Origin: Gammaproteobacteria bacterium
GTDB lineage: Bacteria; Pseudomonadota; Gammaproteobacteria; G965277405
Direction: 5' to 3'
Assembly: GCA_965277405.1 (NCBI GenBank)
Contig: OZ255726.1
Coordinates: forward strand, 1,056,001 to 1,120,000
DNA: 64,000 nt
Shown piece by piece: positions 1 to 10,294 of the stretch. Positions within the stretch are counted from its first letter, which is position 1. Each line of letters begins with the position of its first letter. The notes beneath the pieces were generated by a model that saw only the letters and a program-made list of their open reading frames with translations, was not told where the DNA came from and searched no databases. A program made the translations under genes and the position numbers.

Positions 1-69
1 GTTGAGTGCACAACCGTTCATACAGAGTATGAGACCACTCACATACAACAATCTTTTCGAAAAAAACAA
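1..69 (-). CDS. Partial (5' end only) probable lipoprotein
   Basis: Manual translation from TTG at 69 gives MFFSKRLLYVSGLILCMNGCALN, a signal peptide with a lipobox-like NG-C. An AGAGGA SD lies upstream and the ORF runs off the window edge, downstream of the LpoB-like gene. Confidence 0.5.
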   Translation of the reverse strand, partial: MFFSKRLLYVSGLILCMNGCALN

Positions 70-122
70 ACGTATTATTCCTCTTAAAAAACCGAAATAT
101 TGTGAACGTTAACTTACAGCTG

Positions 123-722
123 CTATAACCTTGTTGCGGGGTTAGATACAGCTTTCTTGATTTTCTTTTGACCGATCCATAACTTTCTATTATTGCTGAT
201 ATCAATCAAGGTTAAATCGATCTGGTAGAACTTTACTTGGTCGGTAAAACTTGTATCAATAATAGTGTTAATCTCACCAAGCAGCATAACATCAGCACCT
301 ATTTCCTGACCAAGTTGTTTGCGGGTTGCTGCGCTTGCGTGCACATCTTGATCCAAGCGCTCTTTGCGAATTTGATCGCGAAAGTCATTCGCTGCGATAA
401 AGTCAACTTGTCCAGAATTAAGCAATTCACGCTCAATATCATTAATAAATGTAGCGGTATTAATATGCTCGTGGCTGAGGTTACGCATTTCACCGACAAC
501 GATACTTGGGATACTGTTTTGGCGTTGCTTTAGTTTGCCATACCATGGCCGTTTGAGTAAATCTGTGACCATTTGTTCAGCTACAAGGCGTGAATCGGTG
601 TCATTCCATCGACCACTTAAATCAATAACTTTGTTGCTATCAATCCGTTCAACGGTTGGGTTGCCAGCACAACTGACGAGCAATGTGGCAATACTAAGGA
701 TAAACCAAGGTTTGTTCGTCAT
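123..722 (-). CDS. LpoB-family lipoprotein (penicillin-binding protein activator-like)
   Basis: Lipobox LVSC; motifs DLSGRWNDTDSR, NLSHEHIN, GQEIGADVMLLGEI and W.G.KKIKK are typical of the LpoB-like family. Confidence 0.75.
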   Translation of the reverse strand: MTNKPWFILSIATLLVSCAGNPTVERIDSNKVIDLSGRWNDTDSRLVAEQMVTDLLKRPWYGKLKQRQNSIPSIVVGEMRNLSHEHINTATFINDIERELLNSGQVDFIAANDFRDQIRKERLDQDVHASAATRKQLGQEIGADVMLLGEINTIIDTSFTDQVKFYQIDLTLIDISNNRKLWIGQKKIKKAVSNPATRL

Positions 723-794
723 AGGCTTTCAAATACGTATAGATCAGCAACATAATATAACGCAACTAGAAAGCTATAAGTAAAATACTTCTAA

Positions 795-1091
795 GGAAGC
801 TCTGATTAATTCCATGATGGGCGAGACGGAGAAAAAACGCTGATGAAAACTTAAGCGAAGTGTGCAGATAATACTAGTGGTCTTGTGGGTTGGGTGTTGC
901 CAAGTGCTGCAACGACGCTAGCGCAGCGTTTTTTCCCGTCCTTTCTGTTGAATATACTTTGGGTTTGCGGCAATTGCGGTGCTTGCCGTGTTGCATCCCT
1001 TGGCGTATATGCTACGGCATGCGCGCTGCGCCTTGCAATCATCAGCAATTGCAGGCAAACTCGCTCCATCAGCGAGTTAATCAGATCTTCC
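795..1091 (+). mobile_element. MITE, full copy 1 (IS5-type ends)
   Basis: TIRs GGAAGCTCTGATTAA / TTAATCAGATCTTCC with a perfect CTAA duplication at 791-794 and 1092-1095. The interior matches four other copies in the window. Confidence 0.92.
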
Positions 1092-1138
1092 CTAACAAAT
1101 ACACGAATGAGATTGATATTAAAAACACATGAAAACAC

Positions 1139-2572
1139 ATGAAAAAGAATGATATGAATATCCTGGTGCTTGGGGCTGGCGGTCGTGAACATGCGATAGC
1201 ATGGAAGTTGCGCCAAAGCAAACATCAACCAAAAGTGTTCGTGATGCCTGGAAATGCTGGCACCGCTAAGGAAGATGCGCAGGTAGTAAATGTCGCTACG
1301 GTTCCCAATGAAGATTTGGTCAAATGGTGCGCACGACAACACATCGACTTGGTGGTGATTGGACCAGAGCAACCTTTGGTCGATGGCGTAGCAGATATAT
1401 TGCGCCAAGCCGATATAGCAACAATTGGTCCAAGTCAGCTTGCCGCTAAGTTAGAAGGGTCGAAGGTCTATTCAAAAGATTTCATGGAACGTTATAAGAT
1501 ACCGACAGCAGCAGCAGCAACATTTATTGACTACGCAACGGCAATTGACTGGGCACAGCAACAAACGTTGCCATTGGTGGTTAAGATAGACCGCCTAGCT
1601 GCAGGAAAGGGGGTGATAATTGCCAATGATATGGCGGCCCTTGAGCGGGCCTTAGATACATTTTTACGCAAAAATATATTTAATCATCGCTGCCCGACTG
1701 TTTTACTAGAGACCTGCTTACAAGGAGAAGAAGTCAGTTTTATATGTCTTACCGATGGAAAAACCGTCATTCCATTTGCAAGTTCGCAAGATCATAAAGC
1801 AGCATTTGATGGTGACCTAGGTCCAAATACAGGTGGCATGGGTGCATTATCACCAGCACCATTAGTCACGCCTGCATTAGCAGCCAAGATTATGGAAACA
1901 ATAATTGGTCCAACATTCGCTGGTTTAGCAGCTGAGGGCATTGACTACCAAGGTTTTTTATACTTTGGGCTGATGGTGGGTGCAAATGATAGTTTGCACC
2001 TATTAGAATATAATTGTCGACTCGGTGACCCTGAAGCACAACCACTGCTGTATAGATTAGAGACTGATTTTGCCGAGTTGCTTGTTGCGGTCACAGCACA
2101 AAAGTTGTCCGAATTTACCGACCTAGCATGGTCTAATTCTCCTGCGCTATGTGTTGTTATGGCAAATGGCGGATATCCTGATACGTATCAAAACGGCCAG
2201 AGTATTGTTGGTTTAGATACAGTAGTCGGGGCAAAAGTGTTTCATGCGGGCACACAGATAAATGCAGATGGTTTGACTGTCACTAATGGAGGCAGAGTGC
2301 TTGGGGTAACAACAACAGCGCCATCGTTGCTTCACGCACAGCAACTGGCATATACGGCATGTCAGTCGATAAACTGGAAAGATGCAAGGTATCGCAATGA
2401 TATCGGTGATAAGGCGATACAACAGATTGCGGCGCAGCTGGAGACACAGAGAATTAAGACACAGCGAATTAAGGCACGACCACTAGCGGCAGATACAGGA
2501 CAACAGTCGATAAAATTGGCAAGTGGAATGTACCCCAACGACAGCGGTTATACAGCGAAACAGCAGGCGTGA
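1139..2572 (+). CDS. purD: Phosphoribosylamine--glycine ligase
   Basis: GAGGREHA, GPEQPL, LEGSK, QDHK, GPNTGGMGA, EYNCRLGDPE, GGRVL motifs. Has an extended C-terminal tail. Confidence 0.96.
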   Translation: MKKNDMNILVLGAGGREHAIAWKLRQSKHQPKVFVMPGNAGTAKEDAQVVNVATVPNEDLVKWCARQHIDLVVIGPEQPLVDGVADILRQADIATIGPSQLAAKLEGSKVYSKDFMERYKIPTAAAATFIDYATAIDWAQQQTLPLVVKIDRLAAGKGVIIANDMAALERALDTFLRKNIFNHRCPTVLLETCLQGEEVSFICLTDGKTVIPFASSQDHKAAFDGDLGPNTGGMGALSPAPLVTPALAAKIMETIIGPTFAGLAAEGIDYQGFLYFGLMVGANDSLHLLEYNCRLGDPEAQPLLYRLETDFAELLVAVTAQKLSEFTDLAWSNSPALCVVMANGGYPDTYQNGQSIVGLDTVVGAKVFHAGTQINADGLTVTNGGRVLGVTTTAPSLLHAQQLAYTACQSINWKDARYRNDIGDKAIQQIAAQLETQRIKTQRIKARPLAADTGQQSIKLASGMYPNDSGYTAKQQA

Positions 2573-2647
2573 TGAATTTCACTAAGAGCCGCATGCTTAT
2601 ATATTCTGAAACATGTTCGTAGTTAATTTTTACAATTAGTTATTCGT

Positions 2648-3604
2648 ATGAGTCAAGATTTTCTTTCATTTGAAAAGCCAATTGAAGAGCTGCGCGAAAA
2701 GCTTGAAGGTTTGCGTATGCTTAGTGATCAATCTGATGTTGATTTGGTTGAAGAGGTTCAAAAAATTGAAGTAAAACTGAGCAAGATGACAACCCGCATT
2801 TTTGCTGATTTGGATGACTGGCAAATTGCTCAGTTAGCGCGACACCCACAGCGTCCATATACGCGTGATTACATCCACAAGATTATTCATGATTTCTATG
2901 AGCTTCACGGCGACCGTCAATTTGGCGATGACCCGGCTTTAATCTGTGGACTTGGTAGATTAGATGGCATGCCAATTGCAATTATTGGACATCAAAAAGG
3001 GCGTGATACAGCAGAAAAAATTCGCCATAATTTCGGCATGCCGCATCCAGAAGGTTATCGCAAAGCAATACGAGTTATGCGCCTCGCTGAAAAATTTAAC
3101 ATACCAATAGTAACATTTATTGATACTCCAGGAGCATATCCAGGCATCCAAGCAGAAGAGCGCGGCCAAAGCGAAGCGATTGCGGTGAACTTACAAGAAA
3201 TGTCAGTATTGAAAACCCCCATTATTACAGTAGTTATTGGTGAGGGCGGATCAGGCGGTGCGTTAGCCATTGGTGTTTGTGATCATTTATGCATGTTGCA
3301 ATATGCCACGTATTCCGTTATCTCACCAGAAGGATGCGCGTCAATATTATGGCGAGATGCCGAAAAAGCAGCAGACGCAGCCAAAGCAATGAAAATAACG
3401 GCAAGCCACTTACAGACAATTGGCATTGTTGATGAAATTATAGCAGAGCCGCAAGGTGGAGCACACCGAGACCATGAGGTAACCGCGCAAACGGTGAGGA
3501 GGTCAGTCATTGATCAATTAAAACAATTAAACGCATTGGACCCCCAGACGTTGGTAAATCGACGCTTTGATCGCTGGATGCAACTAGGAATCAATCTACC
3601 ATGA
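2648..3604 (+). CDS. accA: Acetyl-CoA carboxylase carboxyltransferase alpha subunit
   Basis: [43 protein letters not shown]. Confidence 0.97.
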   Translation: MSQDFLSFEKPIEELREKLEGLRMLSDQSDVDLVEEVQKIEVKLSKMTTRIFADLDDWQIAQLARHPQRPYTRDYIHKIIHDFYELHGDRQFGDDPALICGLGRLDGMPIAIIGHQKGRDTAEKIRHNFGMPHPEGYRKAIRVMRLAEKFNIPIVTFIDTPGAYPGIQAEERGQSEAIAVNLQEMSVLKTPIITVVIGEGGSGGALAIGVCDHLCMLQYATYSVISPEGCASILWRDAEKAADAAKAMKITASHLQTIGIVDEIIAEPQGGAHRDHEVTAQTVRRSVIDQLKQLNALDPQTLVNRRFDRWMQLGINLP

Positions 3605-4413
3605 ATGATAGTGTTGCGATAATTAGCTGGAATGTTAATGGATTTCGCGCAGTTGAGCGCAAGGGAGCGTGGCAAGAACTGTTAGACACATATCACCCGC
3701 AAATTGTTTGTGTTCAAGAAATTAAAGGAACGCCAGATAAGTTCCCTAACACGTTAACACAACCAGAAAATTACATGGTGTATTTTCATCCTGCGCAGCA
3801 GCCTGGATATTCAGGGACATCTATTTGGATACACAAAGACTTGCGCACAGGCATGACGAATGTTGTGTATACAACATCAATGAAGAATGACCCAGTTGCA
3901 AATGAAGGCAGAATTAGCGAGTTATGTTTTACCTATAAAGAACAGCAATATGCCGTGCTCGGAGTGTATTTTCCTAATGGCGGAAAATCAGCACAGGCTT
4001 GGGAGCAGAAGTTGGTTTTTTATGCTTCTTTTTTAAAACACGTAAACGCCCGTAGAAGTGCCGGTAAAACTGTTATTTTCTGTGGTGATGTGAATTGTGC
4101 ACACAACCCAATTGACCTGGCACGACCAAATGAAAATGACGGCGCTATTGGCTTTCACCCAGATGAGCGCGCATGGATTGACGCAGTAATAGCAGCCGAT
4201 TGGGTCGATGTTTTTCGCCACTTACATCCAACTACTAAAGAGGTGTATTCATGGTGGCATATGGTAACGCGCGCACGTTCTCGCAATATAGGCTGGAGAA
4301 TCGACTATTTTTTCTGCCCCAAACAACTGGTCGAACATGTGACTGAAATCAGTTATTTAGTCGATCATCAAGGTTCTGACCACTGCCCAGTACTACTGCG
4401 CTACCGTATATAA
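3601..4413 (+). CDS. xth: Exodeoxyribonuclease III / AP endonuclease
   Basis: [44 protein letters not shown]. Confidence 0.93.
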   Translation: MNDSVAIISWNVNGFRAVERKGAWQELLDTYHPQIVCVQEIKGTPDKFPNTLTQPENYMVYFHPAQQPGYSGTSIWIHKDLRTGMTNVVYTTSMKNDPVANEGRISELCFTYKEQQYAVLGVYFPNGGKSAQAWEQKLVFYASFLKHVNARRSAGKTVIFCGDVNCAHNPIDLARPNENDGAIGFHPDERAWIDAVIAADWVDVFRHLHPTTKEVYSWWHMVTRARSRNIGWRIDYFFCPKQLVEHVTEISYLVDHQGSDHCPVLLRYRI

Positions 4414-4515
4414 AGAGTATGATATTAGCTAATTACATAACAATTCGTTTGAATATTTATAAGTTGCGGCTCCGTTTACGATATCAGTCGTTATACTGCT
4501 GCATAGGAGGAGTGC

Positions 4516-5598
4516 ATGAAACCGATTAGTTTTAAAAGCATTAAAAAAAGTTATGATGGTAATAACTACGTTGTAAAAGATTTAAATTTAGACATAAAAT
4601 CTGGCGAGTTTGTAACGATGCTTGGGCCTTCGGGTTCAGGAAAAACCACCTGCTTGATGATGCTTGCAGGTTTTGAAAGTGTGACCGATGGGCAAATACT
4701 TGTTAGTGGTCAGCCGATACAAGACATTGTGCCAAATAAGCGCAATATCGGCATGGTCTTTCAAAGCTATGCATTATTCCCGCATATGACGGTTGCCCAA
4801 AATTTAGCGTATCCGCTAAAAATCAGAAAAAAATCAACCGCAGAGCAGACCAAGCGCGTTGACGAATATTTAAGCCTTGTTGAAATGACCGAATTTGGCA
4901 GCCGCTACCCAGGCCAGCTATCAGGAGGGCAAAAGCAACGCGTGGCTTTGGCTCGCGCCCTTATTTTTAATCCAGATATTGTATTGATGGACGAGCCGCT
5001 GGGCGCGCTTGATAAAAATCTGCGTGAACAAATGCAGTATGAAATTGTCCGCCTCCACAAAAAATTTGGCTTTACCGTTGTATACGTAACCCATGACCAA
5101 CAAGAAGCGCTGACGATGTCTGATAGAATTGCTGTATTTGATGATGGGGTTATTCAACAATACGACCCCGCCGAAACCGTATATAACTCGCCAAAAAACG
5201 CATTTGTTGCCAACTTCATTGGTGAGAATAATAACATGGATGCGGTGCTGACAGGCGAACCAGATGCAGTGGGTAAATGTATAGATGTTGCTTTATGCAA
5301 TGGTGTGCAAATACAAGCACGATTAACAAACACTCAGCTTAATGCAGAGGTGCGGGTATCTGTGCGTCCAGAAAGTCTTTTTATTCTGAAAAACAAAGTC
5401 GGCGCTGATGTTTCGAGCTTAGCTGGAGTGATAAGAGAAAAAATTTATTTGGGTTCATATTGTCGCTGTATCGTCAGGACAGATGTGGGCGATATTGTCA
5501 TGAAGCTTTCTACAGAAGATGGAGCGAAATATTTTACCACAAATTCTGTTGAAATTGCGTGGCAAAACAGCAACGGAGTTATTACCAACCGCGAGTAG
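4516..5598 (+). CDS. Polyamine-type (PotA-like) ABC transporter ATP-binding protein
   Basis: Walker A GPSGSGKT, LSGGQKQR, MDEPLGALD, YVTHDQ, and a TOBE-like C-terminus. GGAGG SD upstream. Confidence 0.9.
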   Translation: MKPISFKSIKKSYDGNNYVVKDLNLDIKSGEFVTMLGPSGSGKTTCLMMLAGFESVTDGQILVSGQPIQDIVPNKRNIGMVFQSYALFPHMTVAQNLAYPLKIRKKSTAEQTKRVDEYLSLVEMTEFGSRYPGQLSGGQKQRVALARALIFNPDIVLMDEPLGALDKNLREQMQYEIVRLHKKFGFTVVYVTHDQQEALTMSDRIAVFDDGVIQQYDPAETVYNSPKNAFVANFIGENNNMDAVLTGEPDAVGKCIDVALCNGVQIQARLTNTQLNAEVRVSVRPESLFILKNKVGADVSSLAGVIREKIYLGSYCRCIVRTDVGDIVMKLSTEDGAKYFTTNSVEIAWQNSNGVITNRE

Positions 5599-5687
5599 GA
5601 TATGACGCTGATATGACGCTAGTGACTGGCTAGAACCAAGTCGCATGGCGATGAGCAATAGCCTAAACAGAGGATTAAAAAAGAGAG

Positions 5688-5759
5688 GAAGTAAGAAGTG
5701 AAGTAAGAAGTGAAGTAAGAAGTGAAGTAAGAAGTAAAGTAAAAAGTGAAGTAAAAAGT
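5688..5759. repeat. 12-bp tandem repeat (GAAGTAAGAAGT) x6
   Basis: Four perfect units and two variant units, intergenic. Confidence 0.9.
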
Positions 5760-5851
5760 GAGGAGCGAAGATGTAGTAACCCAATGCCATTGAGTTGTAT
5801 GCGGTGGCAATGTAAAAAATGGCTGTATGTGTTTACAGCTTTTAGTAATTT

Positions 5852-6919
5852 ATGGAGAAAAAAATGATGAAAACAATATTTTTGTACGCTGTAAGTGTGT
5901 TGTTGGCGAGTCTCAGTTTGACTGTATCAGCAGCAGAAAGTATTACCGCAGTATCGTTTGGAGGATCATACGGTGGGGCGCAGAAGAAGCATATGATTGA
6001 CCCGTATATGAAAGCAACAGGGAAGAAAGTTTTGTTTGCTGATTATAATGGCGGTATTGCTGAGCTCAAAACCCAAGTTGAAGCAGGTAAAGTGACGTGG
6101 GATGTGCTTGATTTAGAGTACATCGATATGGAGCGAGCATGTGATGAAGGATTGCTAGAAGACTTACCATTAAACACGTTGCCAGCAGGCGACGACAATG
6201 TTGCAGCAGCAGACGACTTTTATGAAGGAGCCTTGAATAGATGTGCTGTTGGCAATATATTTTTTAGTGTAGCCTTCGCGTATAATACCAAACTGGTAAA
6301 GGGAAACCCGCAAACGATTCAAGACTTTTTTGACTTAGACAAATTTCCAGGCAAGCGAGGACTGCGTAAACGACCACAAGTTAATTTAGCTTGGGCATTA
6401 ATTGCTGATGGTGTTGCTACGGCAAAAGTGTACGATGTGCTAGAAACATCAGCAGGTCTGGCGCGGGCATTTAAAAAACTCGACACCATTAAAGACGATC
6501 TTGTCTGGTATGATTCATGGTCACAAGCACCACAAATGTTGAATGATGGTTCTGTAGTGATGGTGCAAGCTGCACATGGTCGGCTATATAGCGCAATCGT
6601 TAAAGACAAAAGCCCTTTTAAAATTGTTTGGGATGCACACGCGTATGACCTTGACGGTTGGACAATTCCTAAAGGTAGTGAAAACTTTGATGCTGCGTGG
6701 GACTTTATTAAATTCGCAACGCAGAGTGTACCGCTAGCAGGAATGCAAGACCTTGCGTATGGTCCTACACGAAAATCATCAACCCCATATTTAGCAGAAA
6801 GTGTTAAGGAGCACCTGCCGTCTGCACATATAGAAGAGGGTTACAAAATTAGTGCGTCGTTTTGGTCTGATAACGACGCTAGTATGAGTGAAAGTTTCAA
6901 TGCTTGGTTATTGAAATAA
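5852..6919 (+). CDS. Polyamine-type ABC transporter substrate-binding protein
   Basis: Signal peptide; SFGGSYG, GKVTWDV, DFFDLDKFPGKRGL, WTIPKGS. Confidence 0.88.
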   Translation: MEKKMMKTIFLYAVSVLLASLSLTVSAAESITAVSFGGSYGGAQKKHMIDPYMKATGKKVLFADYNGGIAELKTQVEAGKVTWDVLDLEYIDMERACDEGLLEDLPLNTLPAGDDNVAAADDFYEGALNRCAVGNIFFSVAFAYNTKLVKGNPQTIQDFFDLDKFPGKRGLRKRPQVNLAWALIADGVATAKVYDVLETSAGLARAFKKLDTIKDDLVWYDSWSQAPQMLNDGSVVMVQAAHGRLYSAIVKDKSPFKIVWDAHAYDLDGWTIPKGSENFDAAWDFIKFATQSVPLAGMQDLAYGPTRKSSTPYLAESVKEHLPSAHIEEGYKISASFWSDNDASMSESFNAWLLK

Positions 6920-6931
6920 ACTGTTGTATTG

Positions 6932-6962
6932 TATGTCCTTCCTCGTCTTGGGGAAGGGCATA
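6932..6962 (+). terminator. Intercistronic 13-bp stem-loop after the SBP gene (terminator or mRNA stabiliser)
   Basis: TATGTCCTTCCTC-GTCTT-GGGGAAGGGCATA pairs fully, with two G.U pairs. The U-tail is weak. Confidence 0.55.
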
Positions 6963-7291
6963 TGTTGTGGATACCGCTGTGTTAATGACGCTTTGATTAA
7001 GCTTAGGTGTTGGAGACGCGGGGCAGGCACTGGTCGGGATTTCATCAGCAAGGCTTGTGTGTTGACTGGCAGTCTCTGGCAGCGAGCGAACTTAAAGCTA
7101 AGTCAATTATTACAATCGAGCGCTGTAGAGTCTTAAACTGCAGTAATATAGGGGGTTATAAAAAACAATTTGTATGAATTTCTCACTTACTCAACTACGT
7201 TCATCGCCACATAGTATTGGTGCGTATTTGCGCAGTGACCCTTGTGATAATCAAGGTTTGTCAAAAATTTGCTTACCTACGAGTTCCTTCA

Positions 7292-8515
7292 ATGAATCAA
7301 CTCACACAAGAATTTAACAAGCAACGTTATAAACAACGTGCCAAAGCATTGTTGTTGGTAGCGCCATTGTTGGTGTTTATAGTAGTTTTTTTTGTCATGC
7401 CAATCGGCAATATGTTGCTGCGTAGTTTTTATAATGACACCGTGGTACAAATGATACCACAGACTACAAAAAACTTGCAACAATGGCTGCCGGGTGATGG
7501 TATTCCAGATAAACAAACCCTGCGTGTGCTGATGCAGGAACTGCAACATCTTGCACAACAGCGCCTTTCTGGCAAGCTCGCCGAAAACGTAAACCGCGTA
7601 TTGCCAAGCCTGGGTAGTGTGATAAAAAAAACGGCGAGAAAGCTAAATACTCCAGCAATTGATACATACGAAAATCCACATGATACGTTGCTGGCAATCA
7701 ATAAGCGCTGGGGAAAAATAGACGTATACGCAGCAATTAAACAAGCTAGCGATACATATACGATTGACTATTATGCGAATGCACTCGATATGCGCTTGGA
7801 TATGCATGGAGACATTGTCGCCCAACCAGAAGGCAGGCAGATATATGTAAAAGTGCTGTTACGCACAATGTTCATATCGTTGTTGATTACACTGCTTACT
7901 ATTATGCTTGGATACCCGCTAGCGTACTATTTAAGTTCGCTTACGGATGCAACAGCAAACGTATTATTTATCTGTGTGTTATTGCCATTTTGGACCTCAT
8001 TGCTAGTTCGAACAACCGCGTGGATCGCTATTTTGCAAGGACAAGGAGTATTGAATGGGCTGTTACAAAGCATTGGGGTGATTGGGATGCCGTTGGAGCT
8101 GCTGAACACTCAATATGCTGTGATTATCGGTATGGTGCATATTCTCCTACCGTTTATGATTCTACCTATATATAGCGTGATGAAGAACATTGACCTTAAT
8201 TATGTGATGGCCTCACAATCACTTGGTGCCAACGGCATAACAACGTTTTTAAAAGTGTACTTACCGATGACATTACCTGGGTTAAGCGCAGGTTCTGTTT
8301 TAGTGTTTATCATTGCGATTGGCTACTACATCACCCCTGCATTATTGGGTGGTGTTGACGGCATTATGATTAGTAATCTTATTGCTGACAATATGGCTCG
8401 CTTTAATAATTGGGATTTGGCATCAGCACTCGGCGCTATGTTATTGGCGATAATATTACTGCTGTACTGGTTGTATGACAGATTAGTTGGTGTTAGCCGT
8501 ATCAGTCTCGGCTAA
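7292..8515 (+). CDS. ABC transporter permease (PotB-like, with extended periplasmic domain)
   Basis: LLPFWTSLLVRT, ASQSLGA (EAA loop), GYYITPALLGG. The ATG at 7292 is preferred over 7217. Confidence 0.88.
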   Translation: MNQLTQEFNKQRYKQRAKALLLVAPLLVFIVVFFVMPIGNMLLRSFYNDTVVQMIPQTTKNLQQWLPGDGIPDKQTLRVLMQELQHLAQQRLSGKLAENVNRVLPSLGSVIKKTARKLNTPAIDTYENPHDTLLAINKRWGKIDVYAAIKQASDTYTIDYYANALDMRLDMHGDIVAQPEGRQIYVKVLLRTMFISLLITLLTIMLGYPLAYYLSSLTDATANVLFICVLLPFWTSLLVRTTAWIAILQGQGVLNGLLQSIGVIGMPLELLNTQYAVIIGMVHILLPFMILPIYSVMKNIDLNYVMASQSLGANGITTFLKVYLPMTLPGLSAGSVLVFIIAIGYYITPALLGGVDGIMISNLIADNMARFNNWDLASALGAMLLAIILLLYWLYDRLVGVSRISLG

Positions 8516-9366
8516 TGCGTTATTATACTATTCCACAAATGTTGCTGCATCGCAGCACGCGCGTATTCTCATGGCTGATATTATTTTTTTTAATAAGTCC
8601 TATTCTGATAATTATACCGCTATCTTTTAATGCCGACCCTTTTTTTACATTCACTGAAGGAATGTTATCGCTGGACCCAGACGCCTACTCACTGCGTTGG
8701 TATACGGAATTTATCACAAGTCCTAATTGGCAGGCATCGATTGTTAACAGCCTGATAGTCGGTGTTGCTGCGATGATAATGGCAACGATATTAGGGACGA
8801 TTGCATCAGTTGGTTTGACATCACAACACATGCCAGCAAAAGGATTGATTACAGCTATTTTGATTTCGCCGATGATTGTGCCGCTGATCATTACAGCCGC
8901 AGGAATGTTTTTTTTCTACGCAAAAATCAATTTAGTCAATTCACTGGTTGGTTTGAGTTTGGCGCACACAGTGTTAGGGATACCATTTGTGATTATTACA
9001 GTTTCTGCAACATTAGCAGGATTTGACCAATCGCTATTTAATGCAGCTAAAAGTCTTGGCGCATCATCGCTGCGAGCTTTTTTAGATATAACTTTTCCAA
9101 TTATACGTCCAGGTATTATTTCAGGCGCATTGTTTGCATTGGTTACATCATTTGATGAAGTGATTTTGGTATTATTCTTAGCAGGTCCAGAACAAGTCAC
9201 TATCCCTAGGCAAATGTTCTCTGGCCTGCGTGAGCAAATCAACCCAACAATTCTTGCCGTCGCCAGCGTGTTAGTAGCAATGTCTGCGTTGTTATTGCTG
9301 GTATTAGAATTGATGCGTAGAAAGGCGGCAAAACTACAAGTAAACATGTTGAATACAAAAACATAG
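8515..9366 (+). CDS. ABC transporter permease (PotC-like)
   Basis: YSLRWY, SPMIVP, AAKSLGAS, SFDEV, TIPRQMF. Confidence 0.9.
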   Translation: MRYYTIPQMLLHRSTRVFSWLILFFLISPILIIIPLSFNADPFFTFTEGMLSLDPDAYSLRWYTEFITSPNWQASIVNSLIVGVAAMIMATILGTIASVGLTSQHMPAKGLITAILISPMIVPLIITAAGMFFFYAKINLVNSLVGLSLAHTVLGIPFVIITVSATLAGFDQSLFNAAKSLGASSLRAFLDITFPIIRPGIISGALFALVTSFDEVILVLFLAGPEQVTIPRQMFSGLREQINPTILAVASVLVAMSALLLLVLELMRRKAAKLQVNMLNTKT

Positions 9367-9528
9367 CCGAGCGTGCCGATGCATGGTTGTTACCCATGTA
9401 CCCATGCTATGGTATTCGGTCTACCGTGGCGTTAAACGGCTAACGGCTACTAAACGGCTACTAGCCCCGTAAATGCTACGGAGATTATGGCGGTTACGCA
9501 TTGGTAGAACAAGCGTAACTAACAAACT

Positions 9529-9858
9529 TTATACAGTAAAGCTTTCTCCGCAGCCACAGCGTGATTTTTCATTTGGATTGGCAAACTGAAAGCCTTCGCC
9601 AAATTTTTCATGTATATAGTCGATTTCCAGCCCGCTCAAATACACTGCACTTTTTGCGTCAATAAAAACTCGTATATTTTGCTTCTCAATTACAGTATCT
9701 TCAACGCCAGCTCGATCGCTATATTCTAAAACATACGCCAGACCCGAACACCCAGTTGTTTTCACACCAAGGCGTATGCCTTCTCCAGAACCGCGCTGCT
9801 GCAATGCTGCTTGCATTTTGCTCGCAGCTTTAGCGGTGATTTGAATATCTATAGTCAT
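9529..9858 (-). CDS. iscA: Iron-sulfur cluster assembly protein IscA
   Basis: TTGCSGLAY and CGCGESF motifs; operon context. Confidence 0.95.
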   Translation of the reverse strand: MTIDIQITAKAASKMQAALQQRGSGEGIRLGVKTTGCSGLAYVLEYSDRAGVEDTVIEKQNIRVFIDAKSAVYLSGLEIDYIHEKFGEGFQFANPNEKSRCGCGESFTV

Positions 9859-9868
9859 CAGCGGTTCT

Positions 9869-10276
9869 CTAAGCGAGCGCTACTTCCTCAACTGTTGGTT
9901 GCTGTTTACTTTTAAAATCGTTAATTGCTGATTTAATTGCATCTTCAGCCAGCACCGAGCAGTGAATTTTTACGGGTGGCAATGCTAACTCTGCAACAAT
10001 ATCAATATTGCGAATTTTATCTGCTTCTTCTAAGGTTTTACCCCGCATCCACTCTGTTGCTAGTGAGCTTGAGGCAATCGCGGAACCGCAGCCATATGTT
10101 TTAAACCGCGCATCTTTAATAATGCCGTCATCACTGACTTCAATTTGCAAGCGCATAACATCGCCACATGCTGGTGCGCCGACCATGCCAGTGCCAACAT
10201 TTTTGCTTGATGCGTCTAACGTTCCAACATTGCGCGGATTGTTATAGTGATCCAATACTTTTTTGCTATATGTCAT
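9869..10276 (-). CDS. iscU: Fe-S scaffold IscU
   Basis: GAPACGDVM, KTYGCGSAIASSS, LPPVKIHCS. Confidence 0.97.
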   Translation of the reverse strand: MTYSKKVLDHYNNPRNVGTLDASSKNVGTGMVGAPACGDVMRLQIEVSDDGIIKDARFKTYGCGSAIASSSLATEWMRGKTLEEADKIRNIDIVAELALPPVKIHCSVLAEDAIKSAINDFKSKQQPTVEEVALA

Positions 10277-10294
10277 GTGTATTCTCCTATGGTT

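Noticed and set aside
851-1142. Short ORFs overlapping MITE copies (also 22376-22573, 41475-41691, 54717-54980, 63110-63544)
   Set aside because: Frames, starts and stops differ between copies and indels are not consistently multiples of three; they are by-products of the repeat.
5455-5810. Low-complexity ORFs (FLLH / FTSY repeats)
   Set aside because: They are translations of the 12-bp tandem repeat, antisense to the operon.
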